A stretch of DNA of 64,000 bases from positions 186,001-250,000 of the forward strand of contig JAVHYY010000297.1 of assembly GCA_035221665.1 (NCBI GenBank), read 5' to 3'. The notes beneath the pieces are model-generated. The model was given only the letters and a program-made list of their open reading frames with translations, was not told the DNA's origin and did no database searches. The position numbers and the translations under genes were made by a program. Shown in pieces: positions 26,840-40,100 of the stretch (positions within the stretch are counted from its first letter, which is position 1; the number at the start of each line of letters is the position of its first letter). Origin of the DNA: Okamejei kenojei (taxonomy: Eukaryota).

Positions 26840-27150
26840 GCCATACTAGGGGCCACAGTTTAAGGATAAGGAGTAAGTCATTTAGAACGGAGACGAGGAA
26901 ACACGTTTTCTCACAGAGAGTGGTGAGTCTGTGGAATTCTCTGCCTCACATGGGGGTGGAGGCAGATTCTCTGGATGCTTTCAAGAGAGAGCTAGATATG
27001 GCGTTTGGAAATAGCGGAGTCAGGGGATATGGGGAGAAGGAAGGAACCGGGTACTGATTGGGGATGATCAGCCATGATCACAATGAATGGCAGTGATGGC
27101 TCGAAGTGCCAAATGGTCTACTCCTGCGCCTATTGTCTATTCTCTATTAA
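26840..27150 (+). mobile_element. CR1 3' terminal fragment
   Basis: ACTAGGGGCCACAGTTTAAGGATAAGG... and 3' UTR. Confidence 0.8.
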
Positions 27151-27333
27151 CATTATCCTACACACAACAGAGACTATTTACAATTTTACCACGCCAATTA
27201 CCTGACAGACCTGTACGTCTATAGAGTGCAGGGGGAAACCGGAGATATGGGAGAACACCTACGAATAGAACGCACGTCCAGATAATCACTAGTAGCAAGG
27301 ATCAAAACACGGGTCTCTGGTGCTGTCAGTAAA

Positions 27334-27598
27334 NNNNNNNNNNNNNNNNNNNNNNNNNNNNNNNNNNNNNNNNNNNNNNNNNNNNNNNNNNNNNNNNNNN
27401 NNNNNNNNNNNNNNNNNNNNNNNNNNNNNNNNNNNNNNNNNNNNNNNNNNNNNNNNNNNNNNNNNNNNNNNNNNNNNNNNNNNNNNNNNNNNNNNNNNNN
27501 NNNNNNNNNNNNNNNNNNNNNNNNNNNNNNNNNNNNNNNNNNNNNNNNNNNNNNNNNNNNNNNNNNNNNNNNNNNNNNNNNNNNNNNNNNNNNNNNNN
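27334..27598. other. Assembly gap
   Basis: N run. Confidence 1.
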
Positions 27599-27689
27599 CT
27601 CTCTCCTCCTGTATCTCCCTATCTATCCCTGTCTCTCGCTCTCGTTCTCCATCACTCTCTGCCTGAGCGTTGGAGTAGTGTTGCTGGTT

Positions 27690-30390
27690 AGAGAGAGATT
27701 AATGCAATAGAAAGGAAGGACATTAGCTTGGAGGATGTGGGATCGATATGGGTAGAGCTGCGAGACACTAAGGGTCAGAAAACGCTAGTGGGAGTTGTGT
27801 GCAGGCCACCTAACAGTGGTAGTGGAGTTGGGGATGGTATCACACATGAAATTAGAAATGCGTGCAACAAGGGTAAAACAGTTATAATGGGTGACTTCAA
27901 TCTACATATAGATTGGGTGAATCAAATTGGCAGGGGTGCTGAGGAAGAGGCTTTATTGGAATGTATGCGCGATAGTTTTCTAAACCAACATGTAGAGGAA
28001 GCAACGAGAGAGCAGGCTATTCTAGACTGGGTACTGAGTAGTGAGGATAGGGTTAGTTGTGTTCTGTCTTGTTGTGCGTGGACCCTTGGGCAAGAGTGAC
28101 CATAATATGGTTCAGTTCTTCATTAGGATGGAAGTGACATGGCTAATTCAAAAACAAGGGTACTGAACTTCCAGAAAGGTAACTTTGAGGGTATGAGACG
28201 TGAATTGGCCAAGATGGACCGGCAAGTGATTCTTAAAGGGTTGACGGTGGATTTGCAATGGAAGGTATTTAAAGACTGCATGGATGAACTACAACAATTG
28301 TTCAGCCCAGTTTGGCAAAATAATAAATCAGGGAAGGTTGTGCATCCGTGGATAACAAGGGAAATCAGGGATAGTATCAAAACAAAAGATGCATACACAT
28401 TAGCCAGAAAAAGCAGCCTACCAGAGGACTGGGAGAAATTAAGAGTCCAGCAGAGGAGGACAAAGTGCATAATTAGGAAAGGGAAAATAGATTATTAAGG
28501 AAAACTGGCACAGAACATAAAAACGGTCTGCAAACGTTTTTATAGATATGTGAAGAGAAAAAGGTTAGTTAAAACAAATGTAGGTCCGTTGCAGTCAGAA
28601 ACTAGTGAATTGATCATGGGGAACACGGACATGGCAGACCAATTGAATAACTACTTTGGTTCTGTCTTCACAAAGGAAGACATAAATAATTTGCCGGAAA
28701 TAGAAGGGGACCGGGGGTCACATGAGATGGAGGAACTGAGTGACATCCAGGTTAGCCGGGGAGTGATGTTAGGTATATTGAATGGATTAAAGACCGATAA
28801 ATCCCCAGGGCCAGATAGGCTGCACCCCAGAGTACTTAAGGAAGTAGCCCCAGAAATAGTGGATGCATTAGTGATAATTTTTCAAAACTATTTAGATTCT
28901 GGAGTATTGGAGGTTCTTTAGGTTCCTGAGGATTGTAGGGTAGCTAATGTAAACCTACTTTTTAAAAAGGAGGGCGAGATAAAACGGGGAATTACAGACC
29001 AGTTAGCCTTAATCGGTAGTGGGGAAAATGCTAGAGTCAGTTATTAAAGACAGGATAGCAGCACATTTGGAAAGCGGTGAAATCATTGGACAAGGTCAGC
29101 ATGGATTTATGAAAGGTAAATCATGTCTGACGAATCTTATAGAATTGTTTGAGGATGTAACTAGTAGAGTGGATAAGGGAGAAGCTGTGGATGTGTTATA
29201 TTTGGACTTTCAAAAGGCTTTCGACAAGGTCCCACATAAGATATTAGCATACAAACTTAAAGCACACGGTTTTGGGGGTTGAGTATTGATATGGATAGAG
29301 AACTGGCTGGCAGACAGGAAGCAAAGAGTAGGAGTAAACGGGTCGTTTTCTGAATGGCAGGCAGTGACTAGTGGGGTACCGCAAGGCTCAGTGCTGGGAC
29401 CCCAGCTATTTACAATATATATTAATGATCTGGAAGAGGGAATTGAATGCAACATCTCCATGTTCGCGGATTACACGAAGCTGGGGGGCAGTGTTAGCTG
29501 TGCAGAGGATGCTAGGAGGCTGCAAGGTGACTTGGGTGAGTGGTCAAATGCATGGCAGATGCAGTATAATGTGGATAAATGAAAGGTTATCCACTTTGGC
29601 GGCAAAACAGGAGTGTAGATTATTATCTGAATGTTGACCGATTAGGAAAAGGAGAGATGCAACGAGACCTGGGTGTCATGGTACACCAGTCATTGAAAGT
29701 AGGCATGCAGGTGCAGCAGGCTGTGAAGAAAGCGAATAGTATGTTGGCATTCATAGCAAAAGGATTTGAGTACAAGAGCAGGGAGGTTCTACTGCAGTTA
29801 TACAGGGTCTTGGTGAGGCCAAACCTGGAGTATTGCGTACAGTTTTGTTCTCCTAATCTGAGGAAAGACATTCTTGCCATAGAGGGAGTACAGATAAGGT
29901 TCACCAGACTGATTCCTGGGGTGGCAGGACTTCCATATGAAGAAAGACTGGATAGACTCGGCTTGTACTCGCTGGAATTTAGGAGATTGAGGGGGGATCT
30001 TATAGAGACTTACACAATTCTTAAGGGGTTGGGCAGGCTAGATGCAGGAAGATTGTTCCCGATGTTCGGGAACTCCAGAACAAGGGGTAGCAGTTTAAGG
30101 ATAAGGGGGAAGTCTTTTAGGACCGAGATGAGAAGATCTTTTTTCACACAGAGAGTGGTAAGTCTGTGGAAGCCTCTGGCACAGAAGGTAGTTGTGGCCA
30201 GTTCATTGGCTATATTTAAGATGGAGTTAGATGTGGTACTTGTGGCTAAAGGGATCAGGGGGTATGGAGATAAGGCAGGTACAGGATACTGAGTTGGATG
30301 ATCAGCCATGATCACATTGAATGGCGGTGCAGGCTCGAAGGACCGAATGGCCTACTCCTGCACATATTTCTATGATTCTGCGATTCTATG
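27690..30390 (+). mobile_element. CR1-clade LINE (endonuclease C-half plus RT), same family as the 14.1-15.5 kb copy
   Basis: MGDFN, ILDWV, SDH, KSPGPD, GVPQGSVLGP, FADY; same 3' UTR. Confidence 0.92.
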
Positions 30391-30497
30391 ATTTCCCCTT
30401 GCAAGTCTATAACTCATCTCCGGACCTTATCTCGTTCTGCTAACCTTGTGCTCTGAACCTTGCGAGGTGCATAGCACCGAGGAACATCTTCACACGC

Positions 30498-30850
30498 NNN
30501 NNNNNNNNNNNNNNNNNNNNNNNNNNNNNNNNNNNNNNNNNNNNNNNNNNNNNNNNNNNNNNNNNNNNNNNNNNNNNNNNNNNNNNNNNNNNNNNNNNNN
30601 NNNNNNNNNNNNNNNNNNNNNNNNNNNNNNNNNNNNNNNNNNNNNNNNNNNNNNNNNNNNNNNNNNNNNNNNNNNNNNNNNNNNNNNNNNNNNNNNNNNN
30701 NNNNNNNNNNNNNNNNNNNNNNNNNNNNNNNNNNNNNNNNNNNNNNNNNNNNNNNNNNNNNNNNNNNNNNNNNNNNNNNNNNNNNNNNNNNNNNNNNNNN
30801 NNNNNNNNNNNNNNNNNNNNNNNNNNNNNNNNNNNNNNNNNNNNNNNNNN
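30498..30850. other. Assembly gap
   Basis: N run. Confidence 1.
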
Positions 30851-30974
30851 AACATACTACAAATATCAGCCTCCCCTCGGATCACTCTACAGTTTTCCCA
30901 TCTCTCTGGTGAAGTCCAATGATTTTAATTTTATTTAGCTCCGTCATCGCTCACTTACCCTCGCTCACGCATGG

Positions 30975-31370
30975 TGGTGCTGGAATTTAGAAGGATGAGC
31001 GGGTAACTTATAGAAAAACATATAGCATTATACAAAGACTGGACAAGCTAGATGCAGGAACCATGTTACCAATGTTGCAAGAGTCCAGAACCAGGGAGCA
31101 CAGTCTAAGAATAAAGTGGAGGCCATTTGAAACTGAGATGAGTTCTCGCCCAGAGATTTGTGAATCCGTGGAATTTTCTGCCACAGAAGGCAGTGGGGGC
31201 CAATTCACTGGATGGATTTAAAAGAGAACTCGATAGAGCTCAAGCGGACAGCTGGCAGCGGAATCAATGGGTACGGGTTATTGATTGTGCATGATCAGCC
31301 ATGATCACAATGAATGGCTGTTCTGGCTCCAAGGGCCAAATGGCGTCCTCCTGCACCTATTTGGTATGCT
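30975..31370 (+). mobile_element. CR1 3' terminal fragment
   Basis: Similarity to 29970-30370. Confidence 0.75.
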
Positions 31371-31583
31371 TCTGCGAACTATTAATTCCATGTAAACTCT
31401 TTCTTCTACAGAAGAGCTGAGTAATTCACCTCACCCCTACCTGTCAAAATAACGGCGAAGCCCCCTTTGCCATTCCAGTTTATTTTTACATTCCCTCCAA
31501 CATTCCCAGGAATAAGTCAAGAGTTTCGTTCATTAAAATTTCTAACGCCTGATATATGTTGTTGTCGGGAGTTCTAACTATTA

Positions 31584-32837
31584 CTAGACCAAGTACTGAA
31601 CCGTTGGGTCTAGAGAGAGGGGGAGAGAGTGGGAGAGAGGGGGCTGAAAGGGGGGAAAGCGGAGAGGTGGGGGAAGGGAGGAGGAGGGATTGTGTGGAGG
31701 AGATGCGGTGGAGGGAAGGGGGTAGGGGAGAGCAGGAGGGAGCTGGGGCAGGGGAGAGAGAGGGAGAAGTGTGGACGGAGGGGAAGAGGGGTACGGGGGA
31801 GAGAGGGGGAAGTGTGGGGAGAGAGGAGGAGTGGGGAAGAGTGGGGAGGGAGGGTGGGAGAGGTAGGGGAGAGAGGGGGAACAGTAGGGAGGGAGTGGGA
31901 GAGGGGGAGAGGAGTGGGGGCAGTCCATCTATTCCCCACTCCATATCACCCCCACTCCTCTCCCTCTATTCCCAAACTCACCCTCCTCACCTCCCCATTC
32001 CCCCATCTCCCTCCCTCCTCTCCCTCAATCCCCCCACTCCCCCGCTTCACCTCCCCTGGATCTCGCCTGTCCTCCGGATCTGCAGAAGCTGCTCGTTGAC
32101 AGAGAGGAACACAGAACAGGGGGGGGTCAGAGATCCAAATGCCACCGCGCGACGGGGAGTGGGGGGTGGACATAACTCGGCCTCGCGCCGGCCGCAGCCG
32201 TTGATAATAGCCAGCTGAGGGGGCGAGGGAGGGAGGGAGTGGGGGGGGGGGGTGTGGGCGGGCGGGCGTGATACCGATTGAGGCATCAGCTGCGGGCCAG
32301 GCGTACGCCGCCATGATGCTGCGTACGCCGTCGACACGCTGCGTACGACTTCGAGACGCTGCGTAAGCCCGTCGAGACGCTGCGTATGCCCGTCGAGACG
32401 CTGTGTACGCCCTCAATGCGCCTGCGGGCCGACAGGCCGTTGACGCGCCATTGTCACGGACAGAGGACGGCGAAAAGCAGCGTGGGAACAGCCAATCCTT
32501 GGCTTCCGTGGGGGGGGGGGGGGGGGGGGGGGGCAAGTGTAGGAAGTAAGATCGCCAACGAAATGTTAAAAATGTCGGCTTTTTTGGAGGAGAGCCGGTC
32601 GTCAGCAGCCGTTATGATCGCTGGCCTGCAGGAGGCGACAAAATGAGTGAGTGGGGGGGGGAGTGTTTTATTAAAAGTGTACATAAAAATGTCTAAATGT
32701 AATGAGGAGTGGATTTGCGAATGCAATTGTGAAATCGCTAGCGAAATGGAAAACATCTCGGAGTTTTTGCGTGTGGTTTTGGCGGACCAACAAATCAAAG
32801 GCCAAATATCTAACCTGAATGTAATCTGGCATACACC
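31584..32837 (-). mobile_element. Non-autonomous Helitron-like element (5' end probably in the gap)
   Basis: Minus-strand 3' end GACCC-AAC-GGTTC hairpin, 10 nt, then CTAG|T. Terminus shared with 11585. Carries GA-rich and CT-rich tracts and a minisatellite. Confidence 0.5.
32300..32412. repeat. ~20-21 bp CpG-rich minisatellite, about 5-6 units
   Basis: Recurrent CGCTGCGTA(C/A/T)GCC(C)GTCGAGA. Confidence 0.8.
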
Positions 32838-33009
32838 NNNNNNNNNNNNNNNNNNNNNNNNNNNNNNNNNNNNNNNNNNNNNNNNNNNNNNNNNNNNNNN
32901 NNNNNNNNNNNNNNNNNNNNNNNNNNNNNNNNNNNNNNNNNNNNNNNNNNNNNNNNNNNNNNNNNNNNNNNNNNNNNNNNNNNNNNNNNNNNNNNNNNNN
33001 NNNNNNNNN
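32838..33009. other. Assembly gap
   Basis: N run. Confidence 1.
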
Positions 33010-34947
33010 GGGAATGGCCTCGATACAATATAGTTAAACTAGTTAAAGCTGAAGCGTTCTGCTGAGAAGCAGGCTTTGTTATCAGTAGGGGGAGGTTGGT
33101 CCTTGGTAGTTCTGTCTAAATTCTTATTTGTTTTAATCTTGCATTACACCAGCTTTTGGTCACTTTTTAGAAGACAAGTCTCCCAATGGTTAACAAAATG
33201 CGTATTTTACGAGGGGACTCAATTTGGCGATCAGCATCTGGACATTCATGCTATCTACATGTTAGATATATGGGAGGGTGATTTCTAACCAAAAGGATAC
33301 GCAATATTAAAGTTAATTTTGGGGAGACATTAGTTAATGATGGTTTATTTCAACTACATAAGTAACCATTGTGTCATGAGGGGGTAAACGTCCTAAAGTT
33401 ACTGTAAGATTTCGAAGCAGCTTGAGCATGCTCACACTGTTTCCCCACGTATATCGCAAAGCCTTTATTAACCCGACTTATCCAATGGACTCACCACCAA
33501 TCAATGAGCTGTTTTATTTTCTGGCTGTGCCTATCGAAATGAAGTGAGATATAGGATATGACTAAAGTGCAAAATTCCCTCCGACATATGATTATTTTCC
33601 CTGATTCATACCTCTAACATACTTGGGGTCCCGAAATTAAGCATTAGCCGCATTGTTGTAACTCATTTGGCAACCTGCCCGAATCTCTGTTCTCGCAAAT
33701 ACGCTAGTTATTGGATGGACTCTAGTACATCTACCATCAAGGAAATGGCTCATTTCATATTCTTTGTATCTGCCATTAGTCAAGTCACGTTTATTTGTCA
33801 AATACACATAAAAAATGGCGAATCTCACTGAGATATTAAATAGGCCATGGTTGGAGATTCGTCTAGTGAGCCTATATGGGCATAAAGTTGAAACAGGAGG
33901 AAATGATCAATTAACTGAGAGTGTATTTGCTTCCGCATTGACAAGTGAAAATAATGGGGATAATAGGAACCGACAAATAGGGAGATTGCAGATAAAGCAA
34001 CGCAACAACTTAGAATTAGTGGACATTTTCATTATCCCGAATAGTGATTGCGTTTCTGATGCTATAAACGATATGGACGGGATAGAAGTAGTCAAATGTA
34101 TTCCAGAGAACTTCCTTCGCCAATATATAGAGCGCCCAATACTGGACCGCGTCTTGGAAAATGAGGTGAGGCACGTAACTGAAGAAAAAGTTGATAGAGA
34201 TTCCTCTAAACCTTTCCCATCCATATATCTGTCCAAATGTTGGTTCAATTGTGTTATACTACCTGCCTCAACCACCTTATCTGGTATCCCTTTTTATATA
34301 CTGAGCACCCTATACGTGTTCCGCTTTCCTCCCACATTCCAGTCATGCGGTTTTGAATGTTAATTGGTCTTTGTAAATCCTTCCCAATGTGTGGAGAGTG
34401 AGTTAAGGCGTGTAATCGCTGAAAACTTGTTAGAACGCATGGTCGATCGACGGCGTGGAATAGGTGGGCCGAAGAGCCTCATTCCATGCTGTTTTCTCAA
34501 ATCCAATTTCAACCCAATCCACAATGCATATCCTCTTTAGTTTAGTTTAGTTTAGTTTAGTTTCGTGTAGCTTATATGAGCTTAGATTTGCTTAGTTTAC
34601 CTTAGCTTAGTTTAGTTTAGTTTAATTAAAAGTAGTTTAGTTGACAGATACAGCATTGAAACAGGCTCATCGGCCCATCGTCCGTGCCGACCAGAAATTA
34701 CCAGGAAACCAGCGCTCTCCAGCACACGGGAGACAATTTTCACAAGCTAATCAACATAAAGAGGCTGCAGGTTTGTCATGTGAGAGGAATCTGGAACACA
34801 CAGCGAAAACGCGTTTAATATATATCATTTTTCGTTAAATATCTATGTACAGGATAACATGAAGATACTTTCAATACATTTACCTCCTCTGTCAGTTAAA
34901 TACAATACTAAACTTTTGAACATTTAACACAGAATCATTCATGGAAC

Positions 34948-35861
34948 TCATGACTTACGCAACTTAATTAACGAATGCAATTGGTTGAATGGATATTTCA
35001 CCATTGCCTTCACCTGCTCCCTGAATTTATTTTGTGTCACTGCATAAAGGAACGTGTTTGTGCAGCAGCTCAACAATTGAAACAAATTACCACTTTCCAT
35101 CAATATAAACCTGGGGTCACTGTAGCCATTAATTTTATAACCAACTTGAAACTGCTCTACAAAAAAACGGATAACATACGGCATCCACAGCAGGATGAAA
35201 CATCCCGAGATGGCAAAAAGGAGGATAATGGACTTCCTGCGGTTTTCAATTTCCGGGTCGCTCTGTTTCTCACCCGTGGAGCCAGAACGCAGTCTCTTCC
35301 GTACTCGACTGGCCACCAGTATATACCGGACGGTCAGTGCATTGAACACGATGACAAGAATGAATGGGAGACAAGGGGTTAAAATCCGATCACCCCAATC
35401 AAATATTATCCACAAAAGGAAAGAATAACTGATATCCCTCCGTTTGCAAAACCACGGGACATTGTCAGTGATATAGATGGGTTCGTGCAGGAAGTACCAG
35501 GGAACATTGATCAGACAGCCCAACGCACAGACGGTTGAGACAACAATGCCCGCCGTTCTGTGGGTGCAATATCTTGCTTTGAGCTTTTGGCAACAGATGG
35601 CTACAAATCGATCAAATGTGAACGTGACTGTGAGCCACACCGAACTGTCTCTCGCTGCATAAATCAACGCAATGCTGAAACTACATATGGGCGTTATGGC
35701 GAGGAAGCTACCCGGAAAATAAATAGCGGGTATCCGATTTAACATCACTGCAGTGAGAATGACCAAAAGATCCGTCACCGCCATAGACAGGAGATACCGG
35801 CTGATACATTTGGACAGGCCGCAGTTTCCTCGGGACAGTATCACAATCGCCACTAAATTAA
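34948..35861 (-). CDS. GPR139/GPR142-like class A GPCR, coding exon 2 (TM1b-TM7 and C-tail); intact, 327 aa in total
   Basis: Acceptor tttctcttgcag|TT. Seven-TM pattern with AVTDLL (TM2), TFDRFVAIC (DRY variant), FILLWMP (TM6), NTFLY (NPxxY variant). Stop TGA at 34950-34948. Confidence 0.9.
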
Positions 35862-36417
35862 CTGCAAGAGAAACACGAGGAGTTAGTATCAAAATATATC
35901 CGCAGCAGAAGTTCTGACATAGCCAGAATTACAATGAAAAAACATACAACACTAAAATACAGGAACAGCCCCATTCGCCCAGAATATTTGTACCGAACCT
36001 TATGCCAAGACAAAATAATCTCATTAGGGTGCACATTAGGGCGATCAATTCCCTGCATATCCCTGTGCCAGTCGAAGCACTCTTAAATGCCACTGCTATA
36101 CTTGGATCCATCACCACCACTGAAAACGCGGTCCAGGTGCCCAGCGTTCTCCATGTAAAACTATTTGCCGCATGCGTCTGCACCAAATATGTTCGTTCTC
36201 AGCTTAACTCTATGCCTCCACGTGTTTGTCATTTCCATCGGGGGGAGGGGCGTCACGTGGACGGCGGTGCGAGAACGGGTGGGGGGGTGGTGCTTACTAG
36301 ACAATAGACAATGGACAATAGGTGCAGGAGTAGGTCCTTCCAGCCAGCACCGCCAATCTATGTGATCAGGATAGTCTATCCTGTCGAACCTCATAATTTC
36401 ATATACTTCTGTCAGAA

Positions 36418-36702
36418 TTTAGGTTTTAGTTTTAGAGATACGGCCACGCACCGAGACCGCGCCGACCAGCGATCCCCGCAAATTAACACCATCCTACTCA
36501 CACTAGTAACATCTTAAAAAATAATTTTCTAAGCCCATCAACCTACATACCCGTACGTGGTCGGAGTGTGAGACGAAACCGATGATCTCGGAGAATCCCC
36601 ACACGGTCACGAGGAGAACGTACGAACTCCGTACAGACATGCACCCGGAGATCGAAAGCGCTGTAAGGCAGCAACTCTACCGCTGTGCAACCGTGCTGCC
36701 CG
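36418..36702 (-). mobile_element. tRNA-derived SINE
   Basis: TTTAG tail, shared body, head ending ACTCTACCGCTGTGCAACCGTGCTGCCC. Confidence 0.75.
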
Positions 36703-37174
36703 AGGTCTGAAGAAGTATGAAGCCCCGCGTTTGTTCATTTCAGTTATACCCTCAGTCTTGGTTGCCCAGTGTAGAGGAATAAGAAACATGAGGGCATAGG
36801 CATAAGCTAAGAACAGGGAGCTATAAGAAAGACTTTAAGGGCAACTTCGTTTCACAGCTCAGTCTAGAACCGCAAGGAGCCGTCAGAGGAAGCTATGGAA
36901 GCAGATAAAATTACGACTTTTAAAATACATTCGGTCAGACGTTTAAGCATAGTTTTCGAGAGTATGGGCCAAATGCAGCAAATGGGTGGCGTGTCGCAAG
37001 CATGGCTGGCCTATTTACTGGGATGTTTCCTTTTTCCAACTTTCCACGCCAGGACCTCCCTATCACCTTTCTCTTTGGCGATTATTTTGACTGTTTGACT
37101 CTTTGACTATATGTCCCTCCTTCACAGTATGTCCACCAGACAATCCAGATCATTGAGTTATAGGTTCTTAAAAC

Positions 37175-40100
37175 CTCCGGTGATGGTGGAATAGGGTGAG
37201 TGCCAGTTAGCTCCACGCGAACAAATCGAAAAAAACGTGAATTAAATACAGAACTGACCTGCAGACCTGGAAAATCACCCCGGCAGCCTGCGTGACGTCA
37301 TCAGACCGGGTCTCTGGAGACCTGGTGTCGTTAATGCGCTCCCCCACAAAGGAACCGACTAAACAGCCTACAAAAGTAAAACAACCGCAGGGGGAAGTAG
37401 GCCCGACTGAAGCCTCGGGCTCAGTTATAACATCGTCCCAGGAGGACGTCTCAATGGCCCAGAAGACTAAGACAAAGAAAAATGAAATGGATGAACTTCG
37501 CAACTTCATCACAAGGGAAATTGCCAGTATAAAATAAAAATTCATAAGCTTTAAAAACGAATTGAATGTTAAAGAAATGCTGAAATGTCTTAAAAAAGAG
37601 ATTAAAAAAGACTTCTTAGAGTTTGAAAATAAAATGATTAATCTTGCGCGTTCGAAACTGACTAATATGAAGGATGAAAAGTCAGTAAATTTCGACTCAT
37701 AAATCATTGAAGTAAACTAGAAAATTTAGTCGAATGAAACTAACTTTAATGATAAGCTGGAGTCGACCTTCACTACAATGCAACAGCATTTGGGGCAGCA
37801 AACCGACGCCATAACTCGAAGAAACTACAGAGACACTCCTTGCCGAGAACAAGCGTTTATCAGACTTACTGCATAAAGTAACTGAAAAATGTATTGACTT
37901 GGAGGGCCGTCAGAGACGACAGAACTTAAGAATTCTGGGCGTTCCTGGGGGTAAAGAAGGAAGTAAAGATCTCCGTGACTTTGCCGCAGACTTATTACAA
38001 AAAGTCTTGAATTCAGATCAAAAGCCCTTATTAGTGCGGGCTTGCGGAGATCTTGGACATCGCTCGGACCCAAACGCCCCCCCCCCCCCCCCCCATGGCA
38101 GCTGCAAGCGAAGGTCCAATACGATCATGTTTTGGAAGATATCATGAAAAAAATTGCTGGCACAAGAAATCTGAAGCTTGATGGAGACAAAATAAGCATA
38201 TTTCGAGATTACCCTGCTGAGTTGGTCAGAGGGAGAGCGTTATTCAACGAGACAAGGGGGATTCTAAAGAAGATAGACAAATTGAAATATGGACTGCTGT
38301 ACCCTGCAAGATTGAGAGCCACTTATCTGCAGACGGCACAGTGTTTTACCGATCACAAGAGAGCATTGGCGTATGCCCAGAAGATTGTGGGTTCGAGTGA
38401 GGACTGAATAACATTCATATAATATCGTCATCTTGCTGAGAATAAATGGAATTAGCTTTACTCAAGGAGTAATGAAAGCTGATAACGACAATTGTGCAGT
38501 TCCTCCTGTTATGGGCATGTTATTCTAATATTGTTGTACTAATTCTTACTAACAATAATTAATCACTAAAAATACTTGTTATTATTATTGGAATAATTAG
38601 TTAATAACATGAAATGTAAAACAAAAGGTAAATTTAGTTATCTTATTAACTGGAATTTGTTATGTTCTTCCTTTATTTACATAAGACTAACATTTGACTA
38701 ATAATTAACTAAGAGAGTAATAATCTCTCACTATATGATTACTAGCACTCTGGACCAAAATACTTTAAATGTAATCCCGTAAATCACTCGTATTCAAATC
38801 TTTCTTTAAAAGCGTGGAGCTAGGAATATTTTTTTTAATCTACGGAAGTCATTAGATGGTCAGCCACGTTAGTGTGGCTAGCACCAACTACGCTAAGTTT
38901 AGATGTAGTTTCATTTTTCTTTTTACACTTTATTAAATTTTTATTTTTTTACTTTTTGTATTTTTTACTTAATTACTATTATAAACTTGAACTAATTTAC
39001 AAATATTATTTGTGGAGATGTGTCCGTGAGGAGGATTTATTTGAATTAGATTTACAACTCATCTGTCCTGTGTCCGGGTGGAATGTCGGATTTACGGTGC
39101 TGAGCTATCTGCTCTTTTATAGACCACCCTAACCACAAGATGCAAGACGTAAATAGAAAATATGGGGGACAAGGAATTTATTTTTGTGGTTGGAATGTTA
39201 AGGGAATTGATGAGTCAATCAAGAGAGGTAAAGTATTAGCACACTTACAATCACTTAAAGCAGACATAATATATATATTCTAGAGACTCAGCTTAAAAAA
39301 GACGCACAACATGGATTGAAAGCAAAATGGATCGCTGAAACATATCACTCTTCATTCTCTCATAAGGCCAGAGGTGTTGCAATTTTAATTCGTAAAGGTA
39401 TTCCTTTTAAACACATATCAACTATAGCGGACACCAATGGTAGATATATTATACTAGTGGGTATATTATATTTTAAAAAGTGATTTTTCTCAATGTCTAT
39501 GGACCAAATTTTGATAACCATATGTTTTTTAAGAATATGCTGAATACTATCGCGGAGCTCACACAACATAATTTGATAATCGGTGGAGATTTACATTGCA
39601 CACTAGATTCCTACCTTGATAGATCATCAAGACATATAAAAGCAAAATCCAAGACAAGTGAACTATTAAACTCATACATCAATACTACCAATATCAAAGA
39701 TGTTTGGAGAATTGAAAACCCATCTGGAAGGGAATATTCATTTTACTCATCAGTACATAAATCCTATTCAATGATAGACTATTTCTTAGTAGATTCTAAC
39801 CTTATCCAATTTACTTATAATTCTAAATATCATAATATTATAATTTCGGACCATGCTCCATTAACATGTATGGTCAAACTAAGTGGAATGACTGATAAGC
39901 AGACGCAATGGAGACTTCATCCTCAAATTTTAAATGATTAAGCATGTTACGAATATCTTATCAAACAGATAAATATGTTTTTTTTAGACAAATGACAGCC
40001 CTGAAATTATTGCCTCCCTTCTTTAAGAAACATTTAAAGCATTCATAAGAGGAGCGTTAATCTCCGCACAAGCCTTTCGTAATAAAGAGAACCGGGCCAA

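Noticed and set aside
32300-32412. CRISPR-like array
   Set aside because: Head-to-tail degenerate units with no unique spacers and no cas genes; eukaryotic minisatellite.
31486-32646. Long Pro/Gly/Glu/Arg-rich ORFs
   Set aside because: Artefacts of low-complexity GA/CT tracts lacking stop codons.
35862-35892. ORF-track N-terminus MILTPRVSLA for the GPCR
   Set aside because: Intronic polypyrimidine tract and acceptor; the true N-terminus is the exon at 46237-46306.
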